A DNA stretch of 64,000 nucleotides. Source: Iphione sp. A-MEVVRFRX5. Lineage: Eukaryota. Both the position numbers and the translations under genes were made by a program. Positions within the stretch are counted from its first letter, which is position 1. Every line of letters begins with the position of its first letter. The notes beneath the pieces are model-generated. The model did not search any database. It was not told where the DNA came from and saw only the letters and a list, made by a program, of their open reading frames with translations. Shown here in pieces: positions 1-13,745 of this stretch. The stretch is from NCBI GenBank assembly GCA_976226885.1, contig OZ320315.1, forward strand, positions 84,382,001 through 84,446,000, in the 5' to 3' direction.

Positions 1-2680
1 TGTGAGCAGGTAAACCCCCGCCACGTGTCATTCAACCGTGTGATGCTGCTTTCCAACTTGAAGCCAATGATGTGTTTTCCTAACCAACGGCCGGACGACA
101 AAGACCCCCAACATCGCCCACGTGCCATTGTTTGTCCAAATGTATGCGTGCAGCCCGCGCATGCGTGGGCCATCAGCGCCGGAAGGCAGCGACACAAAGA
201 AGCAGAACACTAGCCAGGCACTGCAGGGGGTATTGTTATGGAGAGCCCAACAATTAAGCAATCTCCACCTACTCATTTAAAGCCCTCTGCTCGGACCATT
301 GTCCACGCAGTGAGAGTCGGTTTTCAGCGGAACCAGGAGGCGGGATTCCTCTAACTCTCCTGTGTGTCTCACGACAACTCTGACCCCACGAGGAGCTAGT
401 TTTATTGGTCATAATTGAAATGTTAGAGTCCCGCTGATTAGATTAGTTTGGGAAGCCATTAGCATGCTGGCGTATCAATTGCCATCTGACGTTTGATTTA
501 TGGAAGAGATTCGTTTCCTGAGGCGAAATGTAAAAATGTAAGCTGTTATTCGGGACAGTATTTTGGGGGGATATTTGCGTATAACTCAAATGCTTTTCAG
601 TAAAGTCACTAGAACTTTCTCATTGTAGATCTTTATTACATAAGTCAGTTATATTTAAAAGATCAAGAATGTGTGAGTTAATTTTTCTAGACAGTGAATC
701 ACAAACATGATGTTACTGCCAGTTATCAGTCTACGCATGGACATTCTGTCTCCAAGAGCAGAATGCATAGTGCACTTATTGGTACGGCCTGATAAAGTAT
801 CACTTGCAATGTGTCTGAACGATACATTCGATTTAACTTGTAGAACGTAACGAATTGCATTTGCTATTACTAAACAGGTCTGAATTTCGGAGAAATATGT
901 CTGACTTAAAGATCAATTCAATAGACTACAGACAACGTCTTGGCTCAAGACCGGTACAGTGTGGTACATATGAGCACGCTTGTTTGAGAAAGAACCGTGA
1001 TGACTAAATCGCATGTGACATACTGTGGCTGTCAGGTTACTGAAATACATGCCAGAAGGCAAATCCAGCCAGACAGGAAGACGCCTGCACATGTCCAAAA
1101 CGAAATCTACAACCGTCGACTGAACGAGTGTAGAAGGCACATTGCCTAGTGGAAAATGTCTCAAATAGATATCTGTTACATACAAGTTGTTCTATTTAGG
1201 GTATAATATGCCTCTTTCAACAATCAGATGATGACAATAATGGAGCACATTTGTTGCGAGGGAATAAATGACTGAAGCAATTGACATGACATTAGCTATC
1301 CAGAGCCAACAATTAATAATTCAGTCTAATTAACAATTAGGATCAATCATAATTAGCGCAAGATGGCAACATCGAGATGTAGGCAGAATCTTACACTCGA
1401 GGTTGTCAATATATATAACCATTTAGCGGTCCGGGCATTGGACTGTACACGTGTCATTCACCATTATACTGGAAACGCTCAACAATGATGGAACATCCAA
1501 GAGGGTCTCTGGAACCCAAACTCGCTCTTATTTTCAAAGAACCTGCAAGGACTTTACATGGGGTGTGCGTACAACACCAACAAGAGTATGCATATACCCA
1601 CAAAGGAACCATTATTTCAGTTGCATATATGTATCTCAGATATTTGCACAGTAACTGAGCACAGTTACTCCATGGGAATTACAGATTATTGGTGACTCCT
1701 CATGAAACCTAATGCTAAAGCAAGCATTTAAGAACACTGATCATGTTTAGTCTTTCCAATTCAAACTAATACCACTATCCCAGCAACCAAGAAACCTTGT
1801 TTAGGGAATTCTCAGATGTGTTCTTGCGAGTACTAACCACTGGAGTACGGGATGCCCTGAGGGTCATGGGCCAAGGAGATAGACCTCGTGAGGGAAGGAA
1901 GTGAAAGTGGGGCTGGGGTTGCACACATTCCATTGCCTTTGGGTGAACCCGGTTCATCTCGATCCTCCTATACCCATCCCCCCAATCCTGCCATCCCCTC
2001 CCTCCTCCCTCCTCCCGCCCTCGGCAGTGCACGGGCCTCCGTCACCCCTTTTACAAGATGAGCAGGACCACTTGCTCTCGGTCCGGCTCCTAGAGCTGGA
2101 GGGTCCCATCGTCTTCGTGTTCACATCCACTTAATTTGGTTTAACGTCAAAACTGCTCGGCTGTCCAATCGCTCTGAGCCCGTGTAGGGCGCCTCGAGGA
2201 CCCTGCTATAGCCCCCCCCCCCGCCCCCCTTGCGGTAACAACCCCCACCCCACCCCAACTACAACTGCAAGCCCGACGTTTCCGCCACCCCCAACCCTTG
2301 GTTGTCCCGAGTCAGAGGGACTGGCCTTCGCTCTAAGCTGACGGGCCCTGCATTCCCGTTAAGGCCCACGAAGGACGAGCACATTTGCCACTGGAGGCCG
2401 CCACTCGAGCACATGTCAGGCACGCCGGGCGGACAGGCAGTGCGCATGCTCGCAGAGGTCTCGAGTCGACTCGTAACAGTCTTGTAAATGACACCTGTCA
2501 ACCGGAGAGGGACGCGAGGCGTCCGTCGATGCGACCTGGGAACGTGTATCAAAAGTTTTAGTTGTTGGGGGTTTAACCTCCCCAAGGAAAAAGGTCCGAC
2601 TTGAAATATCGCGAAACAACCGGTAGAGTATCGGAGACGTACAACTACGTGTCTATATACATTTTAATTGATACACTCAC

Positions 2681-2702
2681 CAATTCATTGCATACAAGAA
2701 AA
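2681..2702 (-). CDS. Candidate 22-nt microexon (phase 1 to 2, V-FLYAMN)
   Basis: Minus strand: acceptor ttgtttattgtag, exon TTTTCTTGTATGCAATGAATTG, donor gtgagt. Phase-compatible with the 5098-5125 exon. Splice signals only. Confidence 0.3.
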
Positions 2703-5097
2703 CTACAATAAACAAGTACCTCTTTAAAGAATGCTCCATTATCTGTTTACATTTATTCTAAGTGGAAAAGAAATGGGCAATGATGAAGAATCAAATATAA
2801 GTTGCCTTCGTGTGGGTATTACTCATGCGTTTTTTTATCGCTCATGACGACATATGCCCAGTCCTGCGTCAAATTTATAACCATATATATTGCAGTCGAT
2901 GCATCTATCGCAGACAATCCCGGCGTACTTATCATAACAACGTAGTACATAATTCAGAGGCAATTCTGGTGACGATTGAAAACGTGCTCTTTCATACGTA
3001 GAATCTAATTGTGAAAAGTAATAAAGTATGCACAGTTATGGGCGATCGGCGGCGAATAGCTCCCATTGCATACGGCTGTACAGTTTCCATTAACTTCAAT
3101 CCTGTTGATACCCGCCACCTTTCATGACTTGCTGCCGTTAAACTGAATCATCACGGATCCGAATACAGTGCTTTGGCATTTCTGGCTGCCAAACGGAATA
3201 CTACTGCTCCGCGAGCTTTGCTGTCTCTGCGGCAGTAAATAATCCACGCATTTGGGTGCGTGCTCAGGACGGACTAATTTGTCCCTTCCTTCGACTTTCC
3301 TCGGACAGGCGATTTGTTATCGTACAGCTTTTGGCACGAAAGCTCCATATATCGTCATTCGCTATCCGTGTGCATGTCGAGTGTATATTGGTTGAAGTAG
3401 TGTGAATATTGGTGTAAAATAAGAAATCACTTGTCTGATCCTTACGATTTAGTATTTATAGTGTACCACAATTAGGTAAATGAAATCCTGTGTACATACA
3501 TGTACATTGTACTTCGTGTACACATCCAGGCACATGCACACGATCTGAATATACAGTGAGTGTATTATACAATGGCAGGATATGTAAAATCAAAGACTTG
3601 TCATTTATCACCAATACTGGACGACACTGTGAAATATGAACAGATAAATGTGTTGTTTTCCTTTAGATTTCCGTGACCTTGTCAAGGTAGCCGACGTGAT
3701 ACCTTATGCTGTAACTTCAAACTTATTGTCAAAATATGACACATGGTAACGGGGCATAGGTCACAGCGTGGGGAAATCTGGCGATGGATCTTTTATTTAA
3801 CCAAGAACTACGCCAGGAGCCCGTGTTACCTTGACAGCGAGCCAACAATTGGCAGTAAAAAACGTCCATTGTGGACCTCACGTCCGGCTCTTCGCCATGA
3901 CCTTGACACGGGCATTTGACCGATGGAACACTTCATAACGAGGCGTCTTGTTTGGGCGACAGTCACGTTTTGGTCATGGAAAAGGCCACATTCACAAGGC
4001 CTAATGTCAAGGGTCATTCTTAAACAAACCGCACAAAACTAAAGCGGGCGACTGATTGACTTTTAGTGGTACTTTTTCTGCATTTGAAAGGTACTTCGCA
4101 CTTTCGTTTGAGCATTAAAGCTGCTGCTTTTCCACGGTTCTCCGTAATTTACAAGGAAATCACAATTGTTGGAGCATGCTTTCCACACTCCACCTTTCCC
4201 CTCCAACGTCCGTCCCTCCCTTCCCACGAGGATCCTTCCAATAACATCCTGGTTTGAAAGGCGAAGGGTGAAATGATGCCTATATAGAAGTGTACTATGT
4301 TAGCCACTCCACAGCCCCCTGGGTGATTCCACCGATATACCCATGTACACAGAGAGCGTGGCCGTGAATGTCGAGCGAGGGAAATGCATTAATAAATGGC
4401 ATCACATTGCGCAGGCCACACGTCCGGAGCGGGGTATTTCGGCATGTTCCGTAAACACCCGACGTACAGCTGGCCATTTGGTGAGCCGCCGAACCGTAGT
4501 CGCCATTGTCAACAGTGGGCCGAAATGGCCGCCATTCAGGAAAACCCCCGATGGCATAATAGCCGTTCGCACCAAGGCGCGGCAATTTTCTTGTCTGTCA
4601 GATAACAACAGCTGTGCTATATGATGGCTCGGTGTGAAGGAGGGAGTTGGGTGGTCAAGTTCTGGGTAGCCTAGGAGTTCGTCCAATACACTATCATCAC
4701 CTCGTTTCCAACCATTTTGCGGATGCTGTAAGTTAAACAAGGGTGGCCGGGTCTTTTTATCGTTTCCTTCATGTCCTGAAGCCAATCGAAGCTCGACAGA
4801 TCCAACTCTTTACCGAAAAGTGATTGCTCGTGAATCAGGGTAGAACAGGCATCAGCTGTGCTCTGACACTTTTTTCAATACTTAGAGACGCCATTGATTT
4901 TTCATGAGTCTTATAAACGTAATACATTCATTAATGCATACTTGGGGGAGAGTAGAATTCTCGATTCTGCTACGTCAGTTCAGCAGAATCATGCGTACAT
5001 ACACATAAATACACTTGTACAATACACTTAACAAACTACAAAGAATTATTAGGGTACGGAACTAATACATATGCTAAGAATACCTAGGTACTGTGAC

Positions 5098-5125
5098 CTG
5101 ATTCAGGTTCACTCAGTGATCTTGA
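5098..5125 (-). CDS. Candidate 28-nt coding exon (SRSLSEPES) of the unnamed minus-strand gene
   Basis: Acceptor ttttttttctaactgcacattccttttcacag includes a CTAAC branch point and is open in phase 0. The donor CAG|gtcaca is only moderate. Confidence 0.5.
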
Positions 5126-5301
5126 CTGTGAAAAGGAATGTGCAGTTAGAAAAAAAACTACAGATCTAGCACAAGGCAAAACCTGCAGCAATAATACTAT
5201 ACAATTTATGGATCTGATTTTAAAAACTTCTCTTAACAGACATGATGAAAGGACTGTCAGAAGTACAGTCTACTCATGTTGTGTGCATACTTTTACCTTA
5301 C

Positions 5302-5320
5302 CTTTAAATTGTCATCATTT
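5302..5320 (-). CDS. Candidate 19-nt microexon (x-NDDNLK)
   Basis: Acceptor ttttattttcacgtctcattttccgcag, exon AAATGATGACAATTTAAAG, donor gtaagg. Only the phase 2-to-0 frame is open. Confidence 0.55.
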
Positions 5321-6901
5321 CTGCGGAAAATGAGACGTGAAAATAAAATTGTTTCTCATGGACAACAGAGAAACTATTAAGGGCTGTGCACACAATTTGG
5401 CAATCACTGTCAGGAGGGCGTACGTTGCAATGAAGTTGCCAATTTTACCGACATGGTTAAATGGGGGCATTTTTCTGGGGCGAGAGATCAAACGTTTGAG
5501 CCTTGCACCCTCTCACCCTAACCCTGTCCTGGCATTCGCAGCCCGCCGGAAATGAGGCCCACCATCCAATCAGACCTCGCGACACAGATAGCGTGCATCG
5601 TGTCAGGAGTAGAAGATGATTTGTCGGACAGTGAAAAATGTGCAACAGTGCCCTATTGATAATGGCCTAATAGTAGCCAGGAAATTCTATTAAATACAAC
5701 AGGAGGTTCTATTTATAAACGCAAACTAGCGACACATGTTTTGGAAATGGAATAATTAGGAAAAAACAGATGCTGCACCTGTACACAGGGCCGTCAGTGG
5801 AAGGAAAACTAGTGTGATAGGCTAGAGCGTGTCGTGCTTTTCGGTGGCCTAGAAGAGAACCGAAGAGTCCTTCCACTAAGCGGTTCGTTGATTGAGTTTA
5901 TGGCTGATCCTTAATTACAAAAATCGTCAGATCCCTGCCGCCGGCCCACCCCTGGGACGCTCCACGCTAATGGCACGGGCCGCACCCGCGCGCTGAGCGT
6001 CTATTTCGGATCACAGGATGATCCTCTTGCGTCGAGGATGAGGTTTCTCTGCCCGGATCGGCCTCCATTTCGGTCTCTCTGACAGTTACATCGTCAGCTC
6101 ATACACTGTCTCCGGCAAGTCCAGCAAGATGAAGGGAAAAAGCCCTGCTCACGTCATAGACGACTCGTGAATTCGTAATAAGTTTTCTTTAATCTTTAAT
6201 TTCTTATCTTTTTGCCCCAGTAGGTGTGCTCCAGGAGATGGGATTAGCGGCATTAAGGAAGGAGGGGGGGGGGGTCTTTTGAAGGTGTAGTCACCGAGAC
6301 GGTGATTCATGGATAGCAGTTCTGAGGATTACAAGAATTCCACAGCAAGTGCTACACAGACGAAAAAACTTGTATTTCTAGTACATGTTTCTACCACGCA
6401 CCTCAATGAAAGACCTCAGATAGTACACAAGCGCACATATGACTGTTCATTAATGAAGAAACATTTACAGTCTTGCCCATTCTGGCTGATTACAATAGAT
6501 AGCAATACTTCGCTTTACTAATGTGACGGCGGATATGAGCCACCGCCTTATCGTTTTCGTGAGAATTGGCGGCCTGAAACCACTGAGTGCTAACTATACA
6601 TATTCCTGGTATATATTCCCCCCCCCCAATCTTTATGATTTATAGATTGGTGAGTGTCCAGACAATGTGGATGGATAAAGCGATTCCTTTCAATATGCTC
6701 CTGTCCATGTGCCTCCCACTCCCCCCCCCCACCCCACCCCCTCTTTCATGCTTGATAAGCGCACACGTCAGCGCCGCAGCCCTGATAACCTCCTCCGTAC
6801 GTCGTCTGGGAGCACGCTCTACCTATCAGCAGTCAGTGGAGCGAGACGACGACACAATAATGCCCATCATCTCTCCTCCATCAAGTGCCCATGACGACAT
6901 G

Positions 6902-6915
6902 GTTGTCATGGCAAT
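6902..6915. promoter_or_regulatory. RFX X-box-like motif
   Basis: GTTGTCATGGCAAT against consensus GTTGCCATGGCAAC. A strong plus-strand donor (agg|gtgagt) follows at 6944. Confidence 0.4.
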
Positions 6916-9900
6916 GGGATCAGAAGGATGAGAGCGGGAGAGGGTGAGTCAGCGCCCTGGAGGACCGGGCTCCAGGGCAGGTCCTGCTGGAGGTGGTAGT
7001 AGATGTCGCTTACGGGTGTTTAATTAAACGCCCTGATAGGCACCCCCGTCTCCTGAGTTTCTCTTACGCTCTGGCAGTTTCTATCAGGAACTAATGATCA
7101 CGTTAAATGTTAGCTGCAAATGATGGCACCGTTCGATTTTCTCGAAAGTTTGGTCAAAGCTCAGGAAACTTCCGCATCCGAAATATAAAAAAACGTTCAC
7201 GAAATTGGAAATGTGTAGAGCCATACATCGAAATCAACAGACGTGTGATAATTCGCATGCGCATGTTCACCGTGCTGTTGATCTTTCAGCGCGTAATTCT
7301 AAACACGCGTATTTCACGAAGGGAATGGTGATTACAAAAACAGGTTGTGACTCCAGCAGTTTTATTCATTCGTAACAGACTAAAAAGTCACCATTTTCAA
7401 GATTTACATTACACAATAAATTCTGTTCACTGTTGTCTTTCCAGTAGTTTCCAAGAAGCCTGCAAGAAGACTCCCATAGCTGTTTACTAGAGAATGAAGT
7501 GAGAGTGAAGAACACCTGCCCTCACACGTGCCGCTCTGACCCACTCGTAGCACATCTCCATAATGACGGTAGCCGCCCGAGCACCTGGCGGCAATAGCTC
7601 GTGTTGTGATCAGCTGATAACGAGAAGCTCAGACGTGGGCTATACGTATCCATGAAGAGCTCTATTCTCCGCTCGTTCTGCTCACAACTGCTCAGCCAGG
7701 CAAGGGTGCATTTGTACTGGTAGCGGATGGCCTGTCAGTCTCTGAGCAGCTCATAAACTGTTGACGCGGCATATCTGTGGCTTCATCAGCTCGGTGAGCT
7801 AATGGAAGCACAGGCCTTATCGGTGAACGGCGACTCTTGATAAGGAGCTTCTCGACGAAGGGGTGTTGAGGCAAAATGGATGAATAATGAGGGAATATGA
7901 TCAGGCAATCAGAAGTGATCAAAGTTTCAAGGAGGTGATGTGTTGGTGGATCTTTTCTGCAATTTGCCGCGCCCGACGGTTTATTTCAACGAGTATATTT
8001 TCGGATTGATTTGATATACATTCAATGCATGGCTTACATAATATATTTCCGAAGCTATTGTAGAATAGTTATAGATATATTGGCACTAAAGAGTCCACTT
8101 AACGATACTCACTTTGAAATACGATCGACATTCAACTTGTGTTTCATTTTGTGCGCGTAGTCGGAATAACCAATTTTGAAACCAACACTGCCAAAAATGA
8201 CTGCCAAAAAAGGTCTTCTTGCCAGGCCCAAGGGAAATAGTGCCCCAGCCATTTGTCGACCGGAATGTCTTCATGATCATAGCCGGCAGCCGGAAGGGGC
8301 TGGCCGCTAGAGGCGCCAGCGGCGCTGTCAAAACACAATTACCCTGACCGCATCTGTAGGTGATAAATCGACGGTCATTTCCATATCAACCAACTTGAAG
8401 TCAATCGCGATGCTGGCACACGTTGTGCCGCCACAGGCACTGGACATTTCTGTCTTAAAGAGTTCAGGTTATCCTCCGACCAGTGAGACACAATGATTCA
8501 ATCCTGGCCATACGCTTTTGCATACATGTATATGTACCACTTAAAACCATTTTTAGCTCTGTACTCAGTCACTCTATGCACTTTCAAGGAAGTGTGCCAC
8601 GTTATCTTGCGCACGGAAATTTGCCAGTCTGACAAATGAAAAAAGAATCCTCGGGAGTAAGCTATAGGTTGCCAGAAAAGACTTCGAGTTCAGCCAAAGC
8701 TTGGGCGTCGTGATCATGATCCCAAATTCCTTGTTTGTTTTCAGGTCACGAAAAAAATGCCGCCCCAGTTCAAAACTCACGGAAGGCAGCGAGCCCTGCG
8801 CGCAACCCTGCCTCATTAAGTCCACATTAGTCATGTCAATAATCACTTTCTCTAATTAAAAATCACGGCGCCCTATCTCGACGGGTTTCTCTCTGGATTT
8901 TTTTTCACACCCAATCACAACAGCATGAAAGCGGAAAGACGGCCCGCACTTATCAGACGGACTGCCTTACAGACATGACTGGGTGCGGCTAATTCTCATT
9001 TTGTGCTCATTAGAAATTTGACAAATTTTCGGCACCCTCAGACAGGGCTAGTAGGCTATCTCGGTTATTTATTGGCAGGCAGGACAATCGATAGGCGGTG
9101 AATCATTACTGAGGCTAGACAAGGTGAATGACCGGCTATGGCTTTGAATAGCAAACAGCCAGCGGGGGTGAGAACAACGGAGAGGGAGTTGTGAACGTGT
9201 TATCTCCAGGAAACACATTATCGCCCCCAACCTCACCCTTGGGTTGGAAACAAGAAACTTCTGGACCAGAGGGGTGGGTGGGTGGGTGGTGATTGGGGCC
9301 TAAATCGTGCACACAAGATCAGCGCATTTCGACCCTGGGATTTTCTCGGTCTCCATGGGAATGTCATTCACAGAAATATAACCGCACGCGGCACATCAGG
9401 AAAGCCCGGTGGTGTAAGCTATAGTCTCGTGCTGGTGCATTGTAAACTATCGATTGATCGGCTCTTTTTTTATATCTCGGCTGCTGCTGAGGGAAAAAAA
9501 ATACCTCCTTTGTCAATGGACAGTGAATTACAGCAGTTTTACATTCGAGAGGTGCACTTCCGGCACTTGGCTGTTGGCCCAACCAGGCATTTGACCATAT
9601 CAGGCTAACCTTTTCGACTAAACAAGGTGGATTGTTTGGCTGGACCAGAGAACGTTTTTTTTTATTATAGTAGATTTTATATTTGGTCATAAATCCTTGA
9701 TGTATCTTACGTTGTAAGATTCCCCCCGTAACTCATTATGATATTATGACAGACAAGTGGAACAACATGTACTTATGAGACAAGGTTGTTTTTTCCCAAT
9801 GATATGGAGATTCTCTCAAACAAACATAAACTGTGGAGCATTGAAAAACGTACGAGCCTAACCCCATGACAAGACACACAGCGTAGCCTAGTGGAAGGTC

Positions 9901-11231
9901 TTACATCCCACGCCGTACACGAAGCATTCTAATGTACCGATTTGGATGTCCAAGCAAGATGGCCTCCCACGACAGACCAATCAGAGCATTCGGTTTGTGT
10001 CTGGTCTCATGGGCTAGCTTATCAACTAACAACTACAGAAACCCCTGGTGGTGCCTGTGTAAAACGTATCACCGTGCAGGGGATCCATTGACAACTTGTT
10101 TATCTTTATGGCTCGTTGGCGGGGCAGACTTGGCCGTACGTAGCGCAAGTCTCGCCGGGCCTCGCGTTACTTCGATCCACACGGAACTTCCGCCTACTTC
10201 GTCGGCATGCCCAGCCACAACGTTTCCGGTCCGTGGCAAAGCCTTTCAACCGACGTCATTGATTATGGAACCAAGTTCCATTCTGATGAAATATTTCTTA
10301 CGTGAACCGCAGGACACGGAGAATTGCTAACAAACGGAAATAGGCATCTTTCTAAGTGTGTGAGGATAGTGGGTAATACGCATCTATCTCTGCTTATGGC
10401 TATTTCGGGGTTACTCCCTATAAGTATGCGAATGTCTACATTTCAATTGCTCCTGTGTACCGGTTTCCCTGGTTCTTCCATCGTTTACCTCCAAGCTTTA
10501 TTATGATTGTATCTGAAATTACCGACTTGAGTACCAAAAGGAAAGAATTTAAATGCACATGTATTTGTCACAGGGGACCACTAAATGTATAAAAGAGGCC
10601 GGTGATATATATTCCTTAAAGGAGTGCCTAAATTGCCGTCCATAGGTATAGAGGGGCAGGGTTCTTACGTCAAGCAGTAGCAATTTAGCTTATAAAATAT
10701 TGAAAGCTTTATACTTTAAAGGATGGAAGTATAGCACGATAAAAGATGCCAACTACAACAGATAAATCACGGCAAAAAGCCTGGGCTGCACTTGACGGTT
10801 TTTCCTTCTAACATGTTCTTCCCTTTTTCTGAACAATGAACCAATAGTATATACATTGTATAGCAGAGAACTCAAATCATATAAGGAGTAAGAATAGCCA
10901 ACGGTCTTTTCATGCAGGAATCTTGACATTCTATGCTCACATCACCACCAGGACGTTTGCCTCCAAACGCAATGCTCCATTCCCGCCCATTCCTGGTTCC
11001 TTATCTGTATTGTTTTAAATTCTCGTTGGTGTCCTGGAAGATGATGACCAGGCGTCGTCATCCATAAAGTCTACACCATCGGCGTGTGACACGTTTATAG
11101 CCATAACGACCCTTCGTCCGGGCGGCGCAAGTCGTGGGGTTAATTGAGAAGCGAGCTGCGATACCCAACCTTAAAGGCGATGGCCAATCAATCGAGCGAG
11201 AGACGCGCAATGTAAATACACAGACCATCCC

Positions 11232-11270
11232 ATGGCGGAAGCAGGCGAGGCTAGCGAGGGCGGGGGCGAG
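11232..11270 (+). CDS. Candidate first coding exon of an antisense plus-strand transcript (MAEAGEASEGGGE)
   Basis: CpG-rich segment, CCAAT at 11184, cccATGG context, donor GAG|gtgaga at 11271. An alternative donor gtaagt lies at 11341. Confidence 0.25.
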
Positions 11271-11860
11271 GTGAGAGGAGATGGAGAGGGGGAAGGGGGA
11301 GATGCTAGCGGGGATCATGTTCTTGATCGGGCAATACCAAGTAAGTGATCGGCATGTGCTCTCGCGGGGAAAAAAGAAGGGTCGAACAGCGTTTTGCACT
11401 TCTCCTGTGAATGAAATACGGAGGTGCAGCGAGAAATGACAATGAAAGACATTTGCCGTTTTGTTCTTTTGTGCCAAGTCGCATTAATGTTGCAAACCCC
11501 TTTCACGTGTAACCTGAACAACATCAACGGTTTGGGATTTTTAACAACAAAAAATGAAATGTCCAAATTCTTTCAACAAATTATATTAATTAATCACTGG
11601 CCCTTTATTTGTTTCCAAAATACCACAAAATCAGTTGACAAAATGAAATAATTGGGCACCTAAGCATAAGCCACTGATTTCAAGAAAGACAAGGTAATGT
11701 TGTGGTAATGTCTTCTCTTGTTCACACTCCCTTGTTTTCATTTACGAATGGTGACTGTGCAAAATGATTGAAATTACAAGTCTGCTTCCAAGGCTTTGAC
11801 CAGATGACCCATCCTTCACCCCATTGTGACCTATGACCCAGCCACTGCGATAGGAAGGCT

Positions 11861-11877
11861 CTGTCACTAATCAATCA
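11861..11877 (-). promoter_or_regulatory. Pbx/Meis(TALE)-type composite site
   Basis: Minus strand reads TGATTGATTAGTGACAG, which is TGATTGAT plus TGACAG. Confidence 0.35.
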
Positions 11878-12407
11878 CATGGCGATCAATAGTAGTCTAT
11901 GATAGACTTCGTTCAGTCCCTTCAATATGGGTAACATTGTTACAAGGTAGCTCTGCGATGTCCTTCCAATTGCATTTTGTCATTGGACGAGCACCGTGTT
12001 AGAAACATGGATAAAGAATAAAGAACAAAATATATGTAGACTCAATGTAAAATGTTTTATAGCCAGCGGTTCTATTTGCAAGGCACTAAATTATACACAC
12101 TGCTATTACCATCAGACTAAAATGTATATACGCAGTTGTTTGTCAGGTATGTATGCAGACTACAGCATCCATTACACGTAAACCATCTCTCATAGTTACT
12201 ATGTAAGGTACCCATCAGTACAACAGTGAGAAAAAAACAAAGCACCCAGAAACGGCTAAAAAAAAGCTTACTTCGCTCTAAAGCTAAATTCTATGGAAAT
12301 TTTGCTGAATAGAACCATACGTATATAGACCGAACGACCGATGCAGAGAAATACAGCTACATTTTAAAAGTCTGTAAATTATTGAACTACATTATGTCAC
12401 AACCGAC

Positions 12408-13745
12408 CTGAACCTTTTTCTCCCACAGGAAGTCCACTCCTTTGACAAGGCCACAGCAGATGAGGTCCATGGCATGGTTGAGGTAAGCCTGCTCAGACCA
12501 AGCACCTGTGTGTCTCCAGTGAGTAGCTCCAGCAGCACCACTTCCACCTGTGCCTCCCCCTCTTGGATCTAAACTAGTCGGTTGACGACCACTGCCGCAT
12601 GCACCATCGTCGTCGCCGCCACCACCGCCACCGCCTTTGCCACTGCTGCTACTGCTGCTGCTGCTGATTCCAGCAAATGGCTGCTTGTTGTACATAAGGC
12701 AGAGTTCAGAGGTCATTGGAGGGTAGCAGGCCTCCATCAGCTGGGGGCTTCCGGCGCCTTCGACGCCACCCGCAGTCGAACCTAGCACGAGGTCAGACCC
12801 ACTGAGAATATTCTCAGCACCACAGAGAACTTGGCAAGGCTCGAGGAGGGCTTCCTCCTCCCGTAAGGCCTCCAGGGGGGTTTGCAGGATGCGAGCACGA
12901 TACATATCAGATAAAGCCAAGTGATGTGAATTAACCGAAGGGTCAGGCTCCTGAAAGCCGGACCCGCCCGCTTGAGGAGTTCGACAGGTGATGGGCAGAC
13001 TGGTGCTATCACAGTTACTGTGGTCGGCTGTGTGGGCAGCTTGTAAAACACTACTGTCCGCCAGGAGGACATCACTGTGGTAATTCCTGTGCCCCTCCGG
13101 CTGGTTTACCACGACAGTAGCCAGCGTTTTGTTACCCCGCCGTGGTCTCTTGTGAGACACTTTTACTCTCCTCTCAGATACCGACGTCTCCCCTACCGTA
13201 CCTTTGCCATGCGGATGCACCTGTGCGGTTGGGGGTAATTGATCCAAATGTTCTTCGAATACGCCCGAGTCTCTGAGGGTGGCAGTCAGGGCGGTGCCGC
13301 CTATGTCCACGTCACCGTCACGGTTCATTTCGTCCGGTTTCAGGAGAGCGACCGCCGAGTCCTTCATCCCTCGGTGGCCTTTCACTGTTCCCACGCTGCC
13401 CTCCTCGCCGAGGCCACCCCTGTCTCCCCTACCCTGGCCATCTAGAGCCCCTCCTGTTGGGGTTGCCCCAGGTGAACCCATCCTCTCGACCACGGTGTCG
13501 GCGCTCATCCATGCGTGCACCCCGTACAAGGAATCTGGGCGCGGGTCGCGGCCGGACGTCGTCAACGTGGAGCAGCTCCGGTCACCGTCAGTCACCAGTC
13601 GCTCGCTCTTTGCCGGGGCCCCAGCAATCGATGCGCCCGGCGGTGGTGGTGCTGGCTGTGGTTGCAGTGGTGGCGGCGGCTTTAGCGGGATAGCAATGCC
13701 AGCAGCGGTGGTAACCGTGTCTGGAGTGGCGGCATTCAACAACAG
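12408..13745 (-). CDS. Large low-complexity coding exon (about 445 codons) of an unidentified multi-exon gene
   Basis: By far the longest stop-free frame in the window (track ORF 12387..13742, 451 aa). It is Pro/Gly/Ser-rich with poly-S and poly-G codon runs. Probable donor CAG|gtcggt at 12408/12407 in phase 0. The 5' boundary is uncertain: weak acceptor aagcag| at 13746, first ATG at 13508. Confidence 0.75.
12429..12482 (+). CDS. Candidate 54-nt plus-strand exon (EVHSFDKATADEVHGMVE), antisense to the large exon
   Basis: Acceptor aacctttttctcccacag, donor GAG|gtaagc, open in phase 0-0. Confidence 0.35.

Noticed and set aside
8160-8200. WFQN in ORF 8086..8331, resembling homeodomain helix 3
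   Set aside because: It is followed by WLF rather than RR, and no other homeodomain residues are present.
8341-10515. Additional weak minus-strand microexon candidates (11 nt near 8345-8355, 24 nt near 9238-9261, 24 nt near 10489-10512), also near 49740, 57335 and 63397
   Set aside because: One splice signal is only moderate in each case, and they can be chained in several incompatible ways, as expected for chance matches.
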